Of a DNA stretch of 64,000 nucleotides, positions 9,407-19,332 are shown in pieces. Within the stretch, counting starts at the first letter, position 1, and each line of letters starts with the position of its first letter. The stretch comes from Candidatus Aquidulcis sp. (lineage in GTDB: Bacteria; Chloroflexota; Anaerolineae; Anaerolineales; UBA4823), in the NCBI GenBank assembly GCA_020723385.1, contig DYIZ01000010.1, forward strand, positions 5,190-69,189, given 5' to 3'. The notes below the pieces were generated by a model that worked only from the letters and a program-made list of their open reading frames with translations, made no database searches and was not told the DNA's origin. Both the position numbers and the translations under genes were made by a program.

Positions 9407-10162
9407 TCACCGAATCCATCCCACGATCACCCACGGCAGCATGGCGAATAATCCCACCAGCCCCGGCCCCTCTAACCCTAACTGCAAAGCCACCAGGATC
9501 GTGCTTAACCCCATAGCGGCGTAGCCGACAATGGACAACCGGTCGAAGGCTGTCGCCCGGTTGGTTGTTCTGCGCCAGGCGATAAGCACGAACAGGATGA
9601 AAGTGATGAACGTGGTGAGCCACCAGCCCCAGTAATTTTGCAGCGGCACGCCGAAATAGGCCCCCTTGACTTCCCAAACCCAATGCTCGCCGGCGACCAT
9701 CAACGGGTCCATCGCCAGATCCCAGGCGGTCATGATCACCCCGCCCACCGCCGCCAATGCAAACTGACGCGGCCCGGTTTGCCAGCGGGCAGGGATCACC
9801 CGGTCGGCGATGACGAAAGATGGGTACATCATCATGAACCAGGCGGCAGGGATCAGCAGGGGAACCAGGCCGAGAAATTTGATGCCCAGCCGGTCGGTGT
9901 AGTGGTAAGGCCCATACACCAACCCGGTCGCCACGCCCACGCTCTCGAACAACAAACTCACCCCAAAGGTCAGCCCTAACAGGAGCAGAGCGCGCCACCA
10001 GCCCAGGCGTTGGGAGGCGTGCAGCAGGGCGAAGACAAATCCAGTGAGGGTCGAAAGCGGGGTCAGCAGGGGCGTGTAGGGCAATCCCATGACAGCCGCA
10101 AAGGTCGAATAGGCCAACAGCAGGATGAAGGCGAGCAAGAAAACCAGGGTCAGTGTGCGCAT
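9407..10162 (-). CDS. polytopic membrane protein, DUF422 / carotenoid-biosynthesis-protein-like (tentative)
   Basis: 251-aa ORF with about 7 TM segments. LFESVGVATGLVYGPYHYTDRLG..LGLVPLLIPAAWFMMMYP resembles my memory of the DUF422 family; not verified. Confidence 0.5.
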   Translation of the reverse strand: MRTLTLVFLLAFILLLAYSTFAAVMGLPYTPLLTPLSTLTGFVFALLHASQRLGWWRALLLLGLTFGVSLLFESVGVATGLVYGPYHYTDRLGIKFLGLVPLLIPAAWFMMMYPSFVIADRVIPARWQTGPRQFALAAVGGVIMTAWDLAMDPLMVAGEHWVWEVKGAYFGVPLQNYWGWWLTTFITFILFVLIAWRRTTNRATAFDRLSIVGYAAMGLSTILVALQLGLEGPGLVGLFAMLPWVIVGWIR

Positions 10163-10310
10163 GAGATCACCGAGACAGAAATATGGGTTAGCGTTGAGAA
10201 AAACGGGGGCGTAGTCGGAGGATGCGGTTCTCGATCTTTAGGCGCTCTTCGACTGCGCTCAGAGCGCCTGCTTTGTAAACTGTTGAGCGGCTAGATTTCA
10301 AACCCGCCCT

Positions 10311-10517
10311 CTACCCGCCGGTGATTACCCTGGGTTCTTGTTTGTAGTTTCGCGAGCTGCTCCCGTCGCTTTTGGCTTCGATCTCGTCCAGCAGTTCCAA
10401 ATCGCGCTTCAGATTGCGATGGCGGACGAACAGGCTGGCCAGGTACAACCCCAACACGAGGAAGATGACGGTATAGCCGGCGAGCATGAATTGGATGGAT
10501 CTGGTTAGGTCGAGCAT
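10311..10517 (-). CDS. ccmD: CcmD-like small heme-exporter subunit
   Basis: 68-aa ORF with a single TM (FMLAGYTVIFLVLGLYLASLFV) followed by RHRNLKRDLELL. It lies immediately downstream of ccmC. Confidence 0.6.
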   Translation of the reverse strand: MLDLTRSIQFMLAGYTVIFLVLGLYLASLFVRHRNLKRDLELLDEIEAKSDGSSSRNYKQEPRVITGG

Positions 10518-10526
10518 TGGACACCT

Positions 10527-11225
10527 CTATTGAGCCACCTGGAGTTTGCGTTCTTCGACGGTGCGGGCTAATTCACCCATGCGGATACGGTGCCACAGCA
10601 GGGTGACGAAGATCACGGAGAAGGTGATCAGGCTGAAGAACATGGTGTTCAGCATCGAAGAAGTCATATCGAATCCGCCCTGGGCTTCAGCACTCTGGGT
10701 GCCGATGATCGCCGGGTGGATCGTCTGCCAGAAGCGGATGGAAAGAAACGTGATCGGCACGCTCACCCCGCCTATGATGGTGTACACCGCCCCAAAACGG
10801 GCGCGCCGGTCGGGGTCTTCGATGCCCTGGCGGAGCAGCAAATAAGCCACGTAGATCATCTCCAGGACGGCGGCGCTCGTCAGGCGGGCATCCCATGTCC
10901 ACCATGTATTCCATGCGGGATAGGCCCAAATGGAGCCGGTGACGATTGTGATGAAGAAGAACACGAGGCTGATCTCCACCGCGGCGACTTCGACAATATC
11001 CCACTTCGGATTCTTCGTCACGAGGTAGATGATACCGGCCGCCGCCGCGACGACGAACCCGAGCATCCCCACCCAGGCGTTGGCAATGTGAAAGTAGAAT
11101 ATCTTTTGGACTGGCCCCATCACTTTCTCCATCGGGGCATACAAAAAGACCATTCCGAGCGCCCCCAGGAACAGAGCGATGGACAGAATACTGAGTCCGG
11201 TCAGGACTTTGGGTTGAGTTTTCAT
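10527..11225 (-). CDS. ccmC: heme exporter protein CcmC
   Basis: 232-aa polytopic ORF with the tryptophan-rich WWD-type motif AYPAWNTWWTWDARLTS. Confidence 0.9.
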   Translation of the reverse strand: MKTQPKVLTGLSILSIALFLGALGMVFLYAPMEKVMGPVQKIFYFHIANAWVGMLGFVVAAAAGIIYLVTKNPKWDIVEVAAVEISLVFFFITIVTGSIWAYPAWNTWWTWDARLTSAAVLEMIYVAYLLLRQGIEDPDRRARFGAVYTIIGGVSVPITFLSIRFWQTIHPAIIGTQSAEAQGGFDMTSSMLNTMFFSLITFSVIFVTLLWHRIRMGELARTVEERKLQVAQ

Positions 11226-11347
11226 ACCGAACTTCCTTTTTTCTCTTTTTTGGCCTTCCGAATCACCCGTAGCCTAGGGCCTTGTGCCCGTTCGCGCCAC
11301 GCCCACAAGGGGCTAGGCTACCTTTTCGGATAGATGTTTGGCGAGGA

Positions 11348-12043
11348 TCATTCCTCGACCACGAAATCGAACACCATAAACGCGATGGCTGTGAAAATCA
11401 CATCATAAGCCATGAGCAGGTTCAGCCAGGGCATAATTTCATCCCACCCGGCGGCCTGCAAAAAACCGGTGCTGGCCTTGACCGCAGCAATGATGATGGG
11501 GATGACCACCGGGAACAACAGGATCGGCAGCAGCACGTCACGTGTGCGGGTCTGCACCGCCATGGCCGCCAGCAGCGTACCGACAACCACATAGCCAATC
11601 GAGCCGAGCAGGATGACCAGCAGCAGTCCAGGCTTGAATAGATTCACGTTGTACAACACACTGTAAACCGGCAAAACGACCGCTTCGACAATCGCCATGA
11701 AAACCAGGTTGCCGATCACTTTGCCAAAATAGATGGCGCTGCGATCCACCGGGGCCAGCAGCAGCCCATCCAGGCAGCCGCGATCCTTCTCCATCGCCAT
11801 CGAGCGGTTCAGGCCGAGCGTCCCGGCAAAAGTGAACGTCGCCCACAGCACCCCGGCTGTCACCGTAGCTGAAGCGCGCGTGCGCGCATCCAGCTCCAGC
11901 GCGAAATTGAAGATCAGGATCACCAACAATGCAAAAACCAGCATCGCCGAGAGCAGCTCTCGGCTGCGCAGCTCGGCTGCCAGGTCTTTCCAAACGATGG
12001 CCCAAATCGCCCGGGCGAGCGAACCTTTGACCGAGGGTTTCAT
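11348..12043 (-). CDS. ccmB: heme exporter permease CcmB
   Basis: Polytopic ABC-2-type membrane protein between ccmA and ccmC. Start chosen at the internal ATG (MKPSVKGSLARAIWAIVWKD). The track ORF extends to 12139, which would overlap ccmA by 41 nt. Confidence 0.8.
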   Translation of the reverse strand: MKPSVKGSLARAIWAIVWKDLAAELRSRELLSAMLVFALLVILIFNFALELDARTRASATVTAGVLWATFTFAGTLGLNRSMAMEKDRGCLDGLLLAPVDRSAIYFGKVIGNLVFMAIVEAVVLPVYSVLYNVNLFKPGLLLVILLGSIGYVVVGTLLAAMAVQTRTRDVLLPILLFPVVIPIIIAAVKASTGFLQAAGWDEIMPWLNLLMAYDVIFTAIAFMVFDFVVEE

Positions 12044-12098
12044 TTTCACCGCAGCGGATGGCTGGTCAATCGTGGCAATGGGTCGTGCTTTCAATGGC

Positions 12099-12797
12099 TC
12101 ATCCTTCAACCGCAGTTCGATAGAATACCAGCAAATCATTCGGGTTGATCGCCGCCCGCTGCACGGATGAGACGATCACACCCCGCGAGAGCACATCGAA
12201 ACGCGAAGCCAGGTCAGCGGCGCGGGCCAGATCGTGAGAAGTCATCACCACTGTTCGCCCGCGCACAGCCACCTCGCGCAGCACCCCGTCGAGCATGGTG
12301 CAGGCATCCTGGTCGAGACCGGTGTGCGGCTCGTCGAACAACATCACTTCCGGCTCGTGCAGTACGGCGCGGCCAATCGCCAGGCGCTGCTGCATCCCCC
12401 GCGAGAACGTACGAACCAAATCGCGCCGCCGTGAAGACAGCCCAACCAGCTCCAATACTTCGGCGATGCGCCGATTCTCATTCGGCAGGCTGTACATGCG
12501 GGCGAAGAAACGCAGATTTTCCTCCGCCGTCAGATCGCCATAGAGCAGCGGCAGATGCGAGACGACACCCAACATCCGGCGAACATCCGAAGCCTGTTGG
12601 GGCAGCCGCTTCCCATTGATGGTCACATCGCCCAAGGTGGGACGGGAAAGCGAGGATAGGATGCGCAAAAAGGTGGTTTTGCCAGCCCCATTGGGGCCAA
12701 GCAGCGCCACAAATTCGCCCTGCTCGACGTGAAAATCGAGACCGCGCAGCACGGGTTTCAAACCATAACGTTTGACGAGGCGGTGGACGGTGATCAT
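12099..12797 (-). CDS. ccmA: heme exporter ATP-binding protein CcmA
   Basis: Walker A GPNGAGKTT, signature FSRGMQQRLAIGRA, Walker B MLFDEP. Start at ATG 12797 (MITVHRLVKRYG). Confidence 0.85.
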   Translation of the reverse strand: MITVHRLVKRYGLKPVLRGLDFHVEQGEFVALLGPNGAGKTTFLRILSSLSRPTLGDVTINGKRLPQQASDVRRMLGVVSHLPLLYGDLTAEENLRFFARMYSLPNENRRIAEVLELVGLSSRRRDLVRTFSRGMQQRLAIGRAVLHEPEVMLFDEPHTGLDQDACTMLDGVLREVAVRGRTVVMTSHDLARAADLASRFDVLSRGVIVSSVQRAAINPNDLLVFYRTAVEG

Positions 12798-12822
12798 AGG
12801 AGGGGTAGCAAGAACACCAGTA

Positions 12823-12886
12823 CACAAGTAAACAAGTAAACAAGTACACAGGCATGGCTACTTGTTTACTTGTGTACTTGTGTACC
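12823..12886. repeat. inverted array of AACAAGTA / TACTTGTN octamers at the cytochrome c - ccmA junction
   Basis: cacaagta aacaagta aacaagta (12823..12846), a 12-nt spacer, then tacttgtt tacttgtg tacttgtg tacc (12859..12886). The right arm encodes the cytochrome C-terminus YTSTQVNK. Confidence 0.9.
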
Positions 12887-14807
12887 TTAACTTCTCCTTC
12901 AGTTCCGCCCGGCGCTCTTGATAAGCCGCCTCGGGCAATTTGCCGTCGCGGAACTGGTCGTCCAGCGCGATGATGGCATCCATCAGCGTGTCGGGGTCTT
13001 CGGCGGGAGCTAACGGCTCGCTCTTCTCCACGGGCACAGCTTCGACCACCGGGGTCATCGCCCGGCTGCGCCGGTACAACCACAGCCCGGCAACGATCAA
13101 AGCCACGCCCAGCGCGCCCAGGCCGACCAGCAGGCTGGTGCGGTTGTCAGCGCCTGAAAGCGAGGGGCTGCCCGTTTGGGGATCGCCCGAAATTGTGATC
13201 GTCAACGGCGTGTCGGGACCGAAACCGCTGCCGGTATACATCAGGTAGGAAACACCCTGAACGTCACGCGCTCCGCTATCTGTCAGGAGATTGCCCTGGA
13301 GTTTCACGCCCGTATCCGGCATCAGCAGCACCACGTCACCGGTGTTGGGAAGCATGGGTTGAGAAATTGTCAGTTTGCGGTCGTAAGGCATGTCGAATGT
13401 GAACAACACCTGGTATTCGCCCAGGCTGGGCTGAACCGGCGAGGTGTCGGCGAATCCGCCGGGGATGGCAATATAGCGTTCGCCCAACGCGCCGCTTTGG
13501 AATTGCAGGTTTTGAGCGCCTTCGGGCAGGCTGAATTGCACGACCGGCCCGCCCAATTCCGTCGCGGCTACGGTCCGCAGGCCAGGGTTCGAGATGATGA
13601 ACAACTCGCCAACCCGCACGAAACCCGGCTCAGAGAATTCGAGGAACACGTGCAGCCGGTCTACCGCCAGCCCAGACTGGTCGGTGGTGGAGTCATAAAT
13701 GGTCACCGGCAGGGTCAGTTGGTTGGCGTCGTCCTGAGCAACCACCACGTCCGAGCCATAAGTCACCGGGCCATACTCAACTGTAGTGATGAAAGCACGG
13801 TCAGGAGTCCATTCCACATCGGTGAAGGTGTAATAACCGTTTGCCCCGATTGGCATCGTCTCGGTGAAAACCTGGTTCATCTCGTCGAAAGCATACAGGA
13901 TAACAGAAAGATCAGAGGACAGCTCGGTCCCGGAGCCATTGATAACCTGTCCCGAGATGACACCTACCCCAGGTGTGACGACAGCCGCGGTGATGGCGGC
14001 GTTGGTCGTGGCTGTGATGGCAGACGTAACCGTTGGGGCCGCGGCGATCCGGGGGGTGGCTTCCGCATCCGGTGCGAGGGTCGCCGGGGTTGATGACCCC
14101 ATTGTCGCCGCGAAGGTCAATGACCGCAAATATGCCGTCACCGCCCAACGTTCATCTTCTGTCAAATCTTCCCCAAAAGCGGGCATCGGCGATTTACCGC
14201 TGGTGATGGCGGCAAACAGGCTGGCGGTGGATCGCCCAGCCATGAAAGATTGGTCGGTGAAGTCGGCGGGCGGTACGGATAAAGAGCCTGCCCTGACGCC
14301 GTCGCCGCGCCCGCTCTCGCCATGACAGCCGGTGCAATTGGCCTGGAAAACGGCCTGCCCGAGCGTCACAAGCTCCTGCGGCGCGCTGAGCGTGTAAACG
14401 TAGGCCACCACATCCCAGCGCTCCTGGTCGGTCAGCGAGGCGAAGGGGGGCATTAATTTTTCGATGTTGCCCTGGGTGACGATGGCATACCACTCCGCCG
14501 GTGTAGATTGCCGGGCGACCTCGGCGGAGCCGATGGCGGGCGGGGGCGTCGGAAGCTGTGCGGAGCGCTCACCGCCGCCTGTGCCGGTATTCCCGTGACA
14601 GGGAGCGCACTTCTCGGTATAAATAGGCGCGCCGTTGGCCGGGTCGGGCGGGACGATGGGATAGAGCGGGCCGGTGGTCGCCTCGGGCTGCGCTTCAACC
14701 GGAGGGCGGTAATCCGGCGGGGGCGTCACGTCGGCAGCCAGTGAAAAAGAACAACCAGTGAGCAGAAAAGAGAACAGAAGGAGATATAGAAGACGAGTTG
14801 GTTTCAT
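12858..14807 (-). CDS. diheme c-type cytochrome lipoprotein with a large extracytoplasmic domain, C-terminal TM and cytoplasmic tail
   Basis: 649-aa ORF with a lipobox LLTGCS and two heme motifs, CAPCHG and CTGCHG, each followed by a distal Met context (LMPPF, MPAF). TM LLVGLGALGVALIVAGLWLY near the C-terminus. Confidence 0.8.
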   Translation of the reverse strand: MKPTRLLYLLLFSFLLTGCSFSLAADVTPPPDYRPPVEAQPEATTGPLYPIVPPDPANGAPIYTEKCAPCHGNTGTGGGERSAQLPTPPPAIGSAEVARQSTPAEWYAIVTQGNIEKLMPPFASLTDQERWDVVAYVYTLSAPQELVTLGQAVFQANCTGCHGESGRGDGVRAGSLSVPPADFTDQSFMAGRSTASLFAAITSGKSPMPAFGEDLTEDERWAVTAYLRSLTFAATMGSSTPATLAPDAEATPRIAAAPTVTSAITATTNAAITAAVVTPGVGVISGQVINGSGTELSSDLSVILYAFDEMNQVFTETMPIGANGYYTFTDVEWTPDRAFITTVEYGPVTYGSDVVVAQDDANQLTLPVTIYDSTTDQSGLAVDRLHVFLEFSEPGFVRVGELFIISNPGLRTVAATELGGPVVQFSLPEGAQNLQFQSGALGERYIAIPGGFADTSPVQPSLGEYQVLFTFDMPYDRKLTISQPMLPNTGDVVLLMPDTGVKLQGNLLTDSGARDVQGVSYLMYTGSGFGPDTPLTITISGDPQTGSPSLSGADNRTSLLVGLGALGVALIVAGLWLYRRSRAMTPVVEAVPVEKSEPLAPAEDPDTLMDAIIALDDQFRDGKLPEAAYQERRAELKEKLRYTSTQVNK

Positions 14808-14849
14808 AATGAGTTCGAGGAGGCAGATGATGTGGTGCGTGGTGCGTGT

Positions 14850-14905
14850 TTACTTGTTTACTCGCTTACTTGCTGATTTGCTTTTTTGCTCATTTGCTCA
14901 TTTGC
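14850..14905. repeat. seven tandem degenerate octamers (TNANTTGC)
   Basis: ttacttgt ttactcgc ttacttgc tgatttgc ttttttgc tcatttgc tcatttgc, preceded by gtggtgc gtggtgc (14833..14846). The array supplies the last codons (KQMSK) of 14890..15474. Confidence 0.9.
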
Positions 14906-15474
14906 TTGACATTCCGGCTGAGGGCATGGCCGCACTTGGGGCAGAAACGGTCGGATTGTTGCACGGGCTTGCCGCACTTTGGGCAAAAACCGCCCGATTT
15001 ATCCTGCCGGGCGCGGCGCCGGGCGGCGATTTGCGCCTCGATAGAATCATCGGCGTGCGCGGCGGGCTGCTCCGCATAGGCTGAGCCTGTCAGCGTGGCG
15101 CGGCGCGCCGCAATAGCCGCTTCCAGCCGGTCCTCGACTGGGGCTTTGTGCCCATTGGAGGATGCCGCCGCATTGCTGGATGGCAATGCTTGCCCAATGG
15201 CGAGGGTGTCAATTTGCCGCAGCACATCCGCCCCGCGCGTCATCAACGCGCTGCGTTGAGCCGGGTACTCTTCGGGAGGGACCTTGCCCATCGTCGAATC
15301 GAAATCCAATTCTTGCAGCGCTGAAACTATGCGGTCACGTTCAGCCATCAGCGCTGAAAGCTCGTGTTCTTCGTGGCTGACAGCGATGGATTTATGTTCG
15401 AATAGAGGCCGGGCAACGAAAATACCGACCAGCAGCAGGAGAGCGAGGATGAGGAAAATTGAGCCGATATCCAT
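14890..15474 (-). CDS. CcmI-N-terminal-like membrane protein with a C-terminal double-CxxC zinc ribbon (tentative)
   Basis: 194-aa ORF with an N-terminal TM (IFLILALLLLVGIFVA). LQELDFDSTMGKVPPEEYPAQRSALMTRGADVLRQ resembles the CcmI/CycH N-terminal segment. C-terminal CPKCGKPVQQSDRFCPKCG. Confidence 0.5.
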   Translation of the reverse strand: MDIGSIFLILALLLLVGIFVARPLFEHKSIAVSHEEHELSALMAERDRIVSALQELDFDSTMGKVPPEEYPAQRSALMTRGADVLRQIDTLAIGQALPSSNAAASSNGHKAPVEDRLEAAIAARRATLTGSAYAEQPAAHADDSIEAQIAARRRARQDKSGGFCPKCGKPVQQSDRFCPKCGHALSRNVKQMSK

Positions 15475-15478
15475 AGGA

Positions 15479-16051
15479 TTAACGATCGAGCAACGGATCT
15501 ATCACCGAGATGATTTCGCCCAGTGAAACGAAGGGACTGAGCTTGACGTAAGCCAGGATGCCATCCTGGTCAATGATGTAGGTTTCGGGCACACCGGTGG
15601 TGCGGAAGGCCTGCGAGATACTCGTGCGCAAATCGGGGCCATTGGGGTAGGTGATCCCGTACTTTTCGAGGTAGCCCAGGGATTTCGATTCCGTATCGGT
15701 CCAGGCGATTCCCAGGAAGATCACCTCGCCGCCTGGCTTGTAATACTGCCAGGCTTGCTCCAGTTCCTCAGCTTCATCGGCGCACGGCAGACACCACGAG
15801 GCCCAAAAATTGACCACCACCACTTTACCGCGCAAATCATCGGTGGTGAGAGTCTGCCCATCGAAGGAGGTCAACGTGAACCGCGGGGCTGGCTGGCCAA
15901 TGGCGACCGGGCCTTGCTGTACCCGCACCAGCCCAACATAGACGACCGCGAGCAAACCGCACAATCCGAGAAATGACAAAATCACGGCAGCAATCCACCC
16001 CCAACGGCGGGGGGTGGGCGACTTGGGAGTGGAGGATTCAGGGTTATCCAT
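15479..16051 (-). CDS. ccmG: periplasmic thiol:disulfide oxidoreductase, CcmG/TlpA/ResA family
   Basis: 190-aa ORF with an N-terminal TM and the thioredoxin motif WASWCLPC. Confidence 0.75.
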   Translation of the reverse strand: MDNPESSTPKSPTPRRWGWIAAVILSFLGLCGLLAVVYVGLVRVQQGPVAIGQPAPRFTLTSFDGQTLTTDDLRGKVVVVNFWASWCLPCADEAEELEQAWQYYKPGGEVIFLGIAWTDTESKSLGYLEKYGITYPNGPDLRTSISQAFRTTGVPETYIIDQDGILAYVKLSPFVSLGEIISVIDPLLDR

Positions 16052-16053
16052 GC

Positions 16054-16536
16054 TTATTTGCTCTTCTCGAGTTCTTCTTCCATCCGCCTGAGGTAATCAT
16101 CTGCAGGTGTACCATCCGATTTCGCCGCCGGGAGCGGCCGCCGCCAGGCGCGATAAACCAGGGCAAGCACGATAACGCCCGCGACGATGGCTATCGGTGG
16201 GATGACGTATACCAGCCAGTTCAAGCCACGCGCCGGGGGGGCGCCGATGACGCGGTCGCCGTACTGCTCGACGAAATAATCCTTGATTTGCTGCTCCGTC
16301 CAACCGGCGGCGAGTTTTTGCCGGATCAACTCGCGCCACTCGGCGCAGGCCTGCGTGGGGCATACGTCGAGCGGGATGTTTTCGCACACCGGGCAATAAA
16401 GCTGGTGGGCGATGGCATTCACCTGGTCATCGGTAATGACCGGCGGGACAGCGGTTTGGGCAGATGCGAAATCAACTGCCACGCCAGCTAAGACCAGGCT
16501 GATGATGGGTAAGAGAAGAAAAATCGCTCGTTTCAC
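16054..16536 (-). CDS. ccmH: cytochrome c biogenesis protein CcmH
   Basis: 160-aa ORF with a GTG start, a signal peptide, the motif LYCPVCENIPLDVC (the CcmH LRCxxC-type site) and a C-terminal TM. Confidence 0.75.
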   Translation of the reverse strand: MKRAIFLLLPIISLVLAGVAVDFASAQTAVPPVITDDQVNAIAHQLYCPVCENIPLDVCPTQACAEWRELIRQKLAAGWTEQQIKDYFVEQYGDRVIGAPPARGLNWLVYVIPPIAIVAGVIVLALVYRAWRRPLPAAKSDGTPADDYLRRMEEELEKSK

Positions 16537-16546
16537 AAATGTCCCT

Positions 16547-16615
16547 CCGTAAAACGTGATCCGTAAAACGTAAACCTATCCATGAACAATTACGTTTTAC
16601 GTTTTGCGTTTTACG
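16547..16615. repeat. inverted CGTAAAA / ACGTTTT heptamer arrays at the ccmF-ccmH junction
   Basis: ccgtaaaacgtgat ccgtaaaacgtaaac (16547..16575), spacer, then tacgtttt acgtttt gcgtttt acg (16591..16615). Confidence 0.9.
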
Positions 16616-18710
16616 CACTTACAACCGCTTCCCTCCGGCGTGTGACCCGTCCTGTCTCCACCTCGCGCTCGCGGTCGGGCCATGCGGCGACCAGCGTGCC
16701 CAGGATGAAAACGAACCCACCCAGCCATAGCCAGTTAATCATCGGGTTGTGGTAGATCTTGAAAGTCGCACCCGACGATGAGACAGGCTGCCAATCTACC
16801 AGCAGCACGTAGAAATCTTCGCCGAGCGTGCTGCGTACACCGGGGATCGTCATAGATTGCTGAGATTCAGTGTAGAAATCGCGCCTCGGGTAAAGGTTGG
16901 TGACGAATTTGCCATCTTTGAAAACGCTCAACTCGGCGCGGGCCACCTCGCGCCCGTCGGGCGTGGGGAAGAGCTTCAAATCGTCATATTGGATTGTGAA
17001 ACCGCTCAAGCTGAGTTGTTCGCCTTTTGCAATCATGCCCTGGGTTTCGGTCTGGAACATCTCGATGCCGATGACGCCAAAGGCCATCAAAGCCACCCCG
17101 ATGTGGATGGTCAGCCCGCCGTAGCGGCGGCGGAAACGTCCCGCCAGAAGCCAGAAGGCCGCCAGCAGGTTCTCGCCGTGCGTGCGATGGCGGGCGGCTG
17201 CCTCGCGCCAAAATTCGTACAGCGTGGCGCAAATGACAAATGCAATCGCCCAAAAAGCAACCAGGGCCAATGGGGAGCGGATTCCGGCGGCGAACAGCAA
17301 TCCAGCGATGACCAGCGCGGCGACCGCCGGCTTCCAGGCCGCCCGTGAGAGAGTCTTGGCAGTAGAGGCTCCCCAGGCCGAGAGGGGCGCGACAGCCATC
17401 AGGACCAACAAAGCCAGCCAGATTGGCCCGGTGGTACTCTCAAACCATACTGGCCCGACAGTAATCTTCTGCCCGGTGAAAATATGGGCCACCGAGGGGA
17501 AAACCTGCCCAATGAGGCCCGACGCCTCGCTGATGATCGGAAAGAGCACGCCCCACGCGCAGATAAAGAAAAGCGCCAGGAACAGCAGGTTGTTGAGCAA
17601 GAACAACGCCTCGCGCGAGAACATGGAATTCATGTGCCCTTCAGATTTGAGTGTCCTACCCCGGAATATCAGCAGAATCAGGGTGATAATGGACATAATA
17701 GAAACAAAACCAAAAAGCAACGGACCTATAGCACTTTGGGCAAAAGCATGCACCGAAGACAACACCCCTGAGCGGGTTAGTAATGTCCCAAAGAGCACAC
17801 TGGCATAAGTCATCGTGACCAGGATTATGTTCCACCACTTGAGCAGGCCGCGCTTTTCCTGGATCATCACCGAGTGCAGAAAAGGCGTGCCAACAAGCCA
17901 GGGAAGCAGCGCGGCGACTTCAACCGGGTCCCAGCCCCAATAGCCGCCCCAGCCGAGCACATCGTAAGCCCAGCGCATCCCGAGGATCAACCCCAGCGAC
18001 AGGAACAGCCAGGCCACCAACGTCCAGCGGCGGGTGACGCGGATCCAGCGGTCGTCGCTGCGCCCGGTGACGAGCGAGGCGAAGGCAAACGCGAAGGGGA
18101 TGGTGAACGAGACGAACCCCAGGTACAGCATCGGCGGGTGGATGATCATACCCGGATGCCGCAGCAGCGGATTCAGCCCGCGCCCGTCGGCTTGAGTGAA
18201 GAGCATCGAACCGGCCGGCTGGAGCATGGATTCGACCACGTTGCCCGTTGGGCTGATCCACAACCGGGTGAAAGGATTCTCGACGAAGATGCTCAACGAC
18301 AGGAAGAATCCCAGGGTGACAAGAGCTACGACAACCACCCACGGCAGGAATTCACGGTCGCGATCCCACTTGCGCAGCGTCACCGCCGAGGCAAACCCCG
18401 ACATCAGCCACGACCAGAAGATCAGCGAGCCAGCCTGCCCGCCCCACAGCGCCGTCACTTTGAGATAAAACGGCATACTGTTACTCGTCACAGCGGCTAC
18501 GTATTCGACTTCGTAATGCCCGGTGAGAAGGAGATAGATAATGCACAGCGCCGTCAGCGTGACCAACGGCCAGGTAAGCAGCATGGCGTTACGAGCGCTA
18601 TCCACCCAGGCAGGCGCTTTGCGCAGTGCGCCATAGATCGCCGCGCTGATACCGTAAAGGCATATCAGGAAAGTAATGATGAGCGCGCCATAACCGAGGT
18701 TAGCGACCAT
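16611..18710 (-). CDS. ccmF: cytochrome c heme lyase subunit CcmF
   Basis: 699-aa polytopic ORF with the WWD-type motif WAYDVLGWGGYWGWDPVE. Size and position are typical of CcmF. Confidence 0.9.
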   Translation of the reverse strand: MVANLGYGALIITFLICLYGISAAIYGALRKAPAWVDSARNAMLLTWPLVTLTALCIIYLLLTGHYEVEYVAAVTSNSMPFYLKVTALWGGQAGSLIFWSWLMSGFASAVTLRKWDRDREFLPWVVVVALVTLGFFLSLSIFVENPFTRLWISPTGNVVESMLQPAGSMLFTQADGRGLNPLLRHPGMIIHPPMLYLGFVSFTIPFAFAFASLVTGRSDDRWIRVTRRWTLVAWLFLSLGLILGMRWAYDVLGWGGYWGWDPVEVAALLPWLVGTPFLHSVMIQEKRGLLKWWNIILVTMTYASVLFGTLLTRSGVLSSVHAFAQSAIGPLLFGFVSIMSIITLILLIFRGRTLKSEGHMNSMFSREALFLLNNLLFLALFFICAWGVLFPIISEASGLIGQVFPSVAHIFTGQKITVGPVWFESTTGPIWLALLVLMAVAPLSAWGASTAKTLSRAAWKPAVAALVIAGLLFAAGIRSPLALVAFWAIAFVICATLYEFWREAAARHRTHGENLLAAFWLLAGRFRRRYGGLTIHIGVALMAFGVIGIEMFQTETQGMIAKGEQLSLSGFTIQYDDLKLFPTPDGREVARAELSVFKDGKFVTNLYPRRDFYTESQQSMTIPGVRSTLGEDFYVLLVDWQPVSSSGATFKIYHNPMINWLWLGGFVFILGTLVAAWPDREREVETGRVTRRREAVVSA

Positions 18711-18712
18711 AA

Positions 18713-19195
18713 TTAATCCTCACTGGTTTGGCCGGGGACAGCTTCCTCGTATTTCGTCGGGCACTTGAGGAGCAACTCATCGGCGTAGAAAACGCCATCT
18801 TCGCCCATCCGGCCGGTCATAATAGCCTGGGCTTCATTTCGCAGCAAATCGGGCCTGACGCCGTAATATTCCACCTGCATCCGGTTTCGAGCCGAATCTA
18901 CTACCGCATCGTGTAATACCTGCGCTAAACCGCCCTGGGCTTCGATATCCTTATTATCGCCCGGCACGTGCGCCACGGTAAAAGTCAACTTGAGCGTTTG
19001 CGGGTCATATTGAATGGTATCCCCAAGCACGGCGCCCGAAACACGCACATCTTTGTTGGTGTACTTGCTTCCTGTGGATTGCAGCTCATCCACCGAGAGA
19101 AAATACTGCGCATTGGCAGTGGTGGACGAAACGATCAAATAAACGACAGCGGCGAGAATCAGCGCCCCGCCGATAAGAAACTTCAGACGAGCCAT
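18713..19195 (-). CDS. ccmE: heme chaperone CcmE, Cys-variant (CxxxY in place of HxxxY)
   Basis: Start at ATG 19195 (MARLKFLIGGALILAAVVYLIV). OB-fold-like core (DVRVSGAVLGDTIQYDP..LKLTFTV). The C-terminal LLLKCPTKYEEAVP aligns with E. coli VLAKHDENYTPPEV. Confidence 0.8.
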   Translation of the reverse strand: MARLKFLIGGALILAAVVYLIVSSTTANAQYFLSVDELQSTGSKYTNKDVRVSGAVLGDTIQYDPQTLKLTFTVAHVPGDNKDIEAQGGLAQVLHDAVVDSARNRMQVEYYGVRPDLLRNEAQAIMTGRMGEDGVFYADELLLKCPTKYEEAVPGQTSED

Positions 19196-19332
19196 ACGAT
19201 CAACCTCCTGCATGCATCAATGTTTCCAGGGTTCCCGATAAATCCGACCCGACAAATCAGCAATCGAATTTTCACATGTTAAGGTTAAGCCAGCCTGAGA
19301 GTCGAGACAAAGAAGGATGAGTAAATAAAACC

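Noticed and set aside
10163-10310. Hairpin aggcgctct...agagcgcct (about 10239..10268) as the terminator of the ccm operon.
   Set aside because: The 9-bp stem has a 12-nt loop and no U-tract on the minus strand. It is plausible but not distinguishable from chance in GC-rich DNA.
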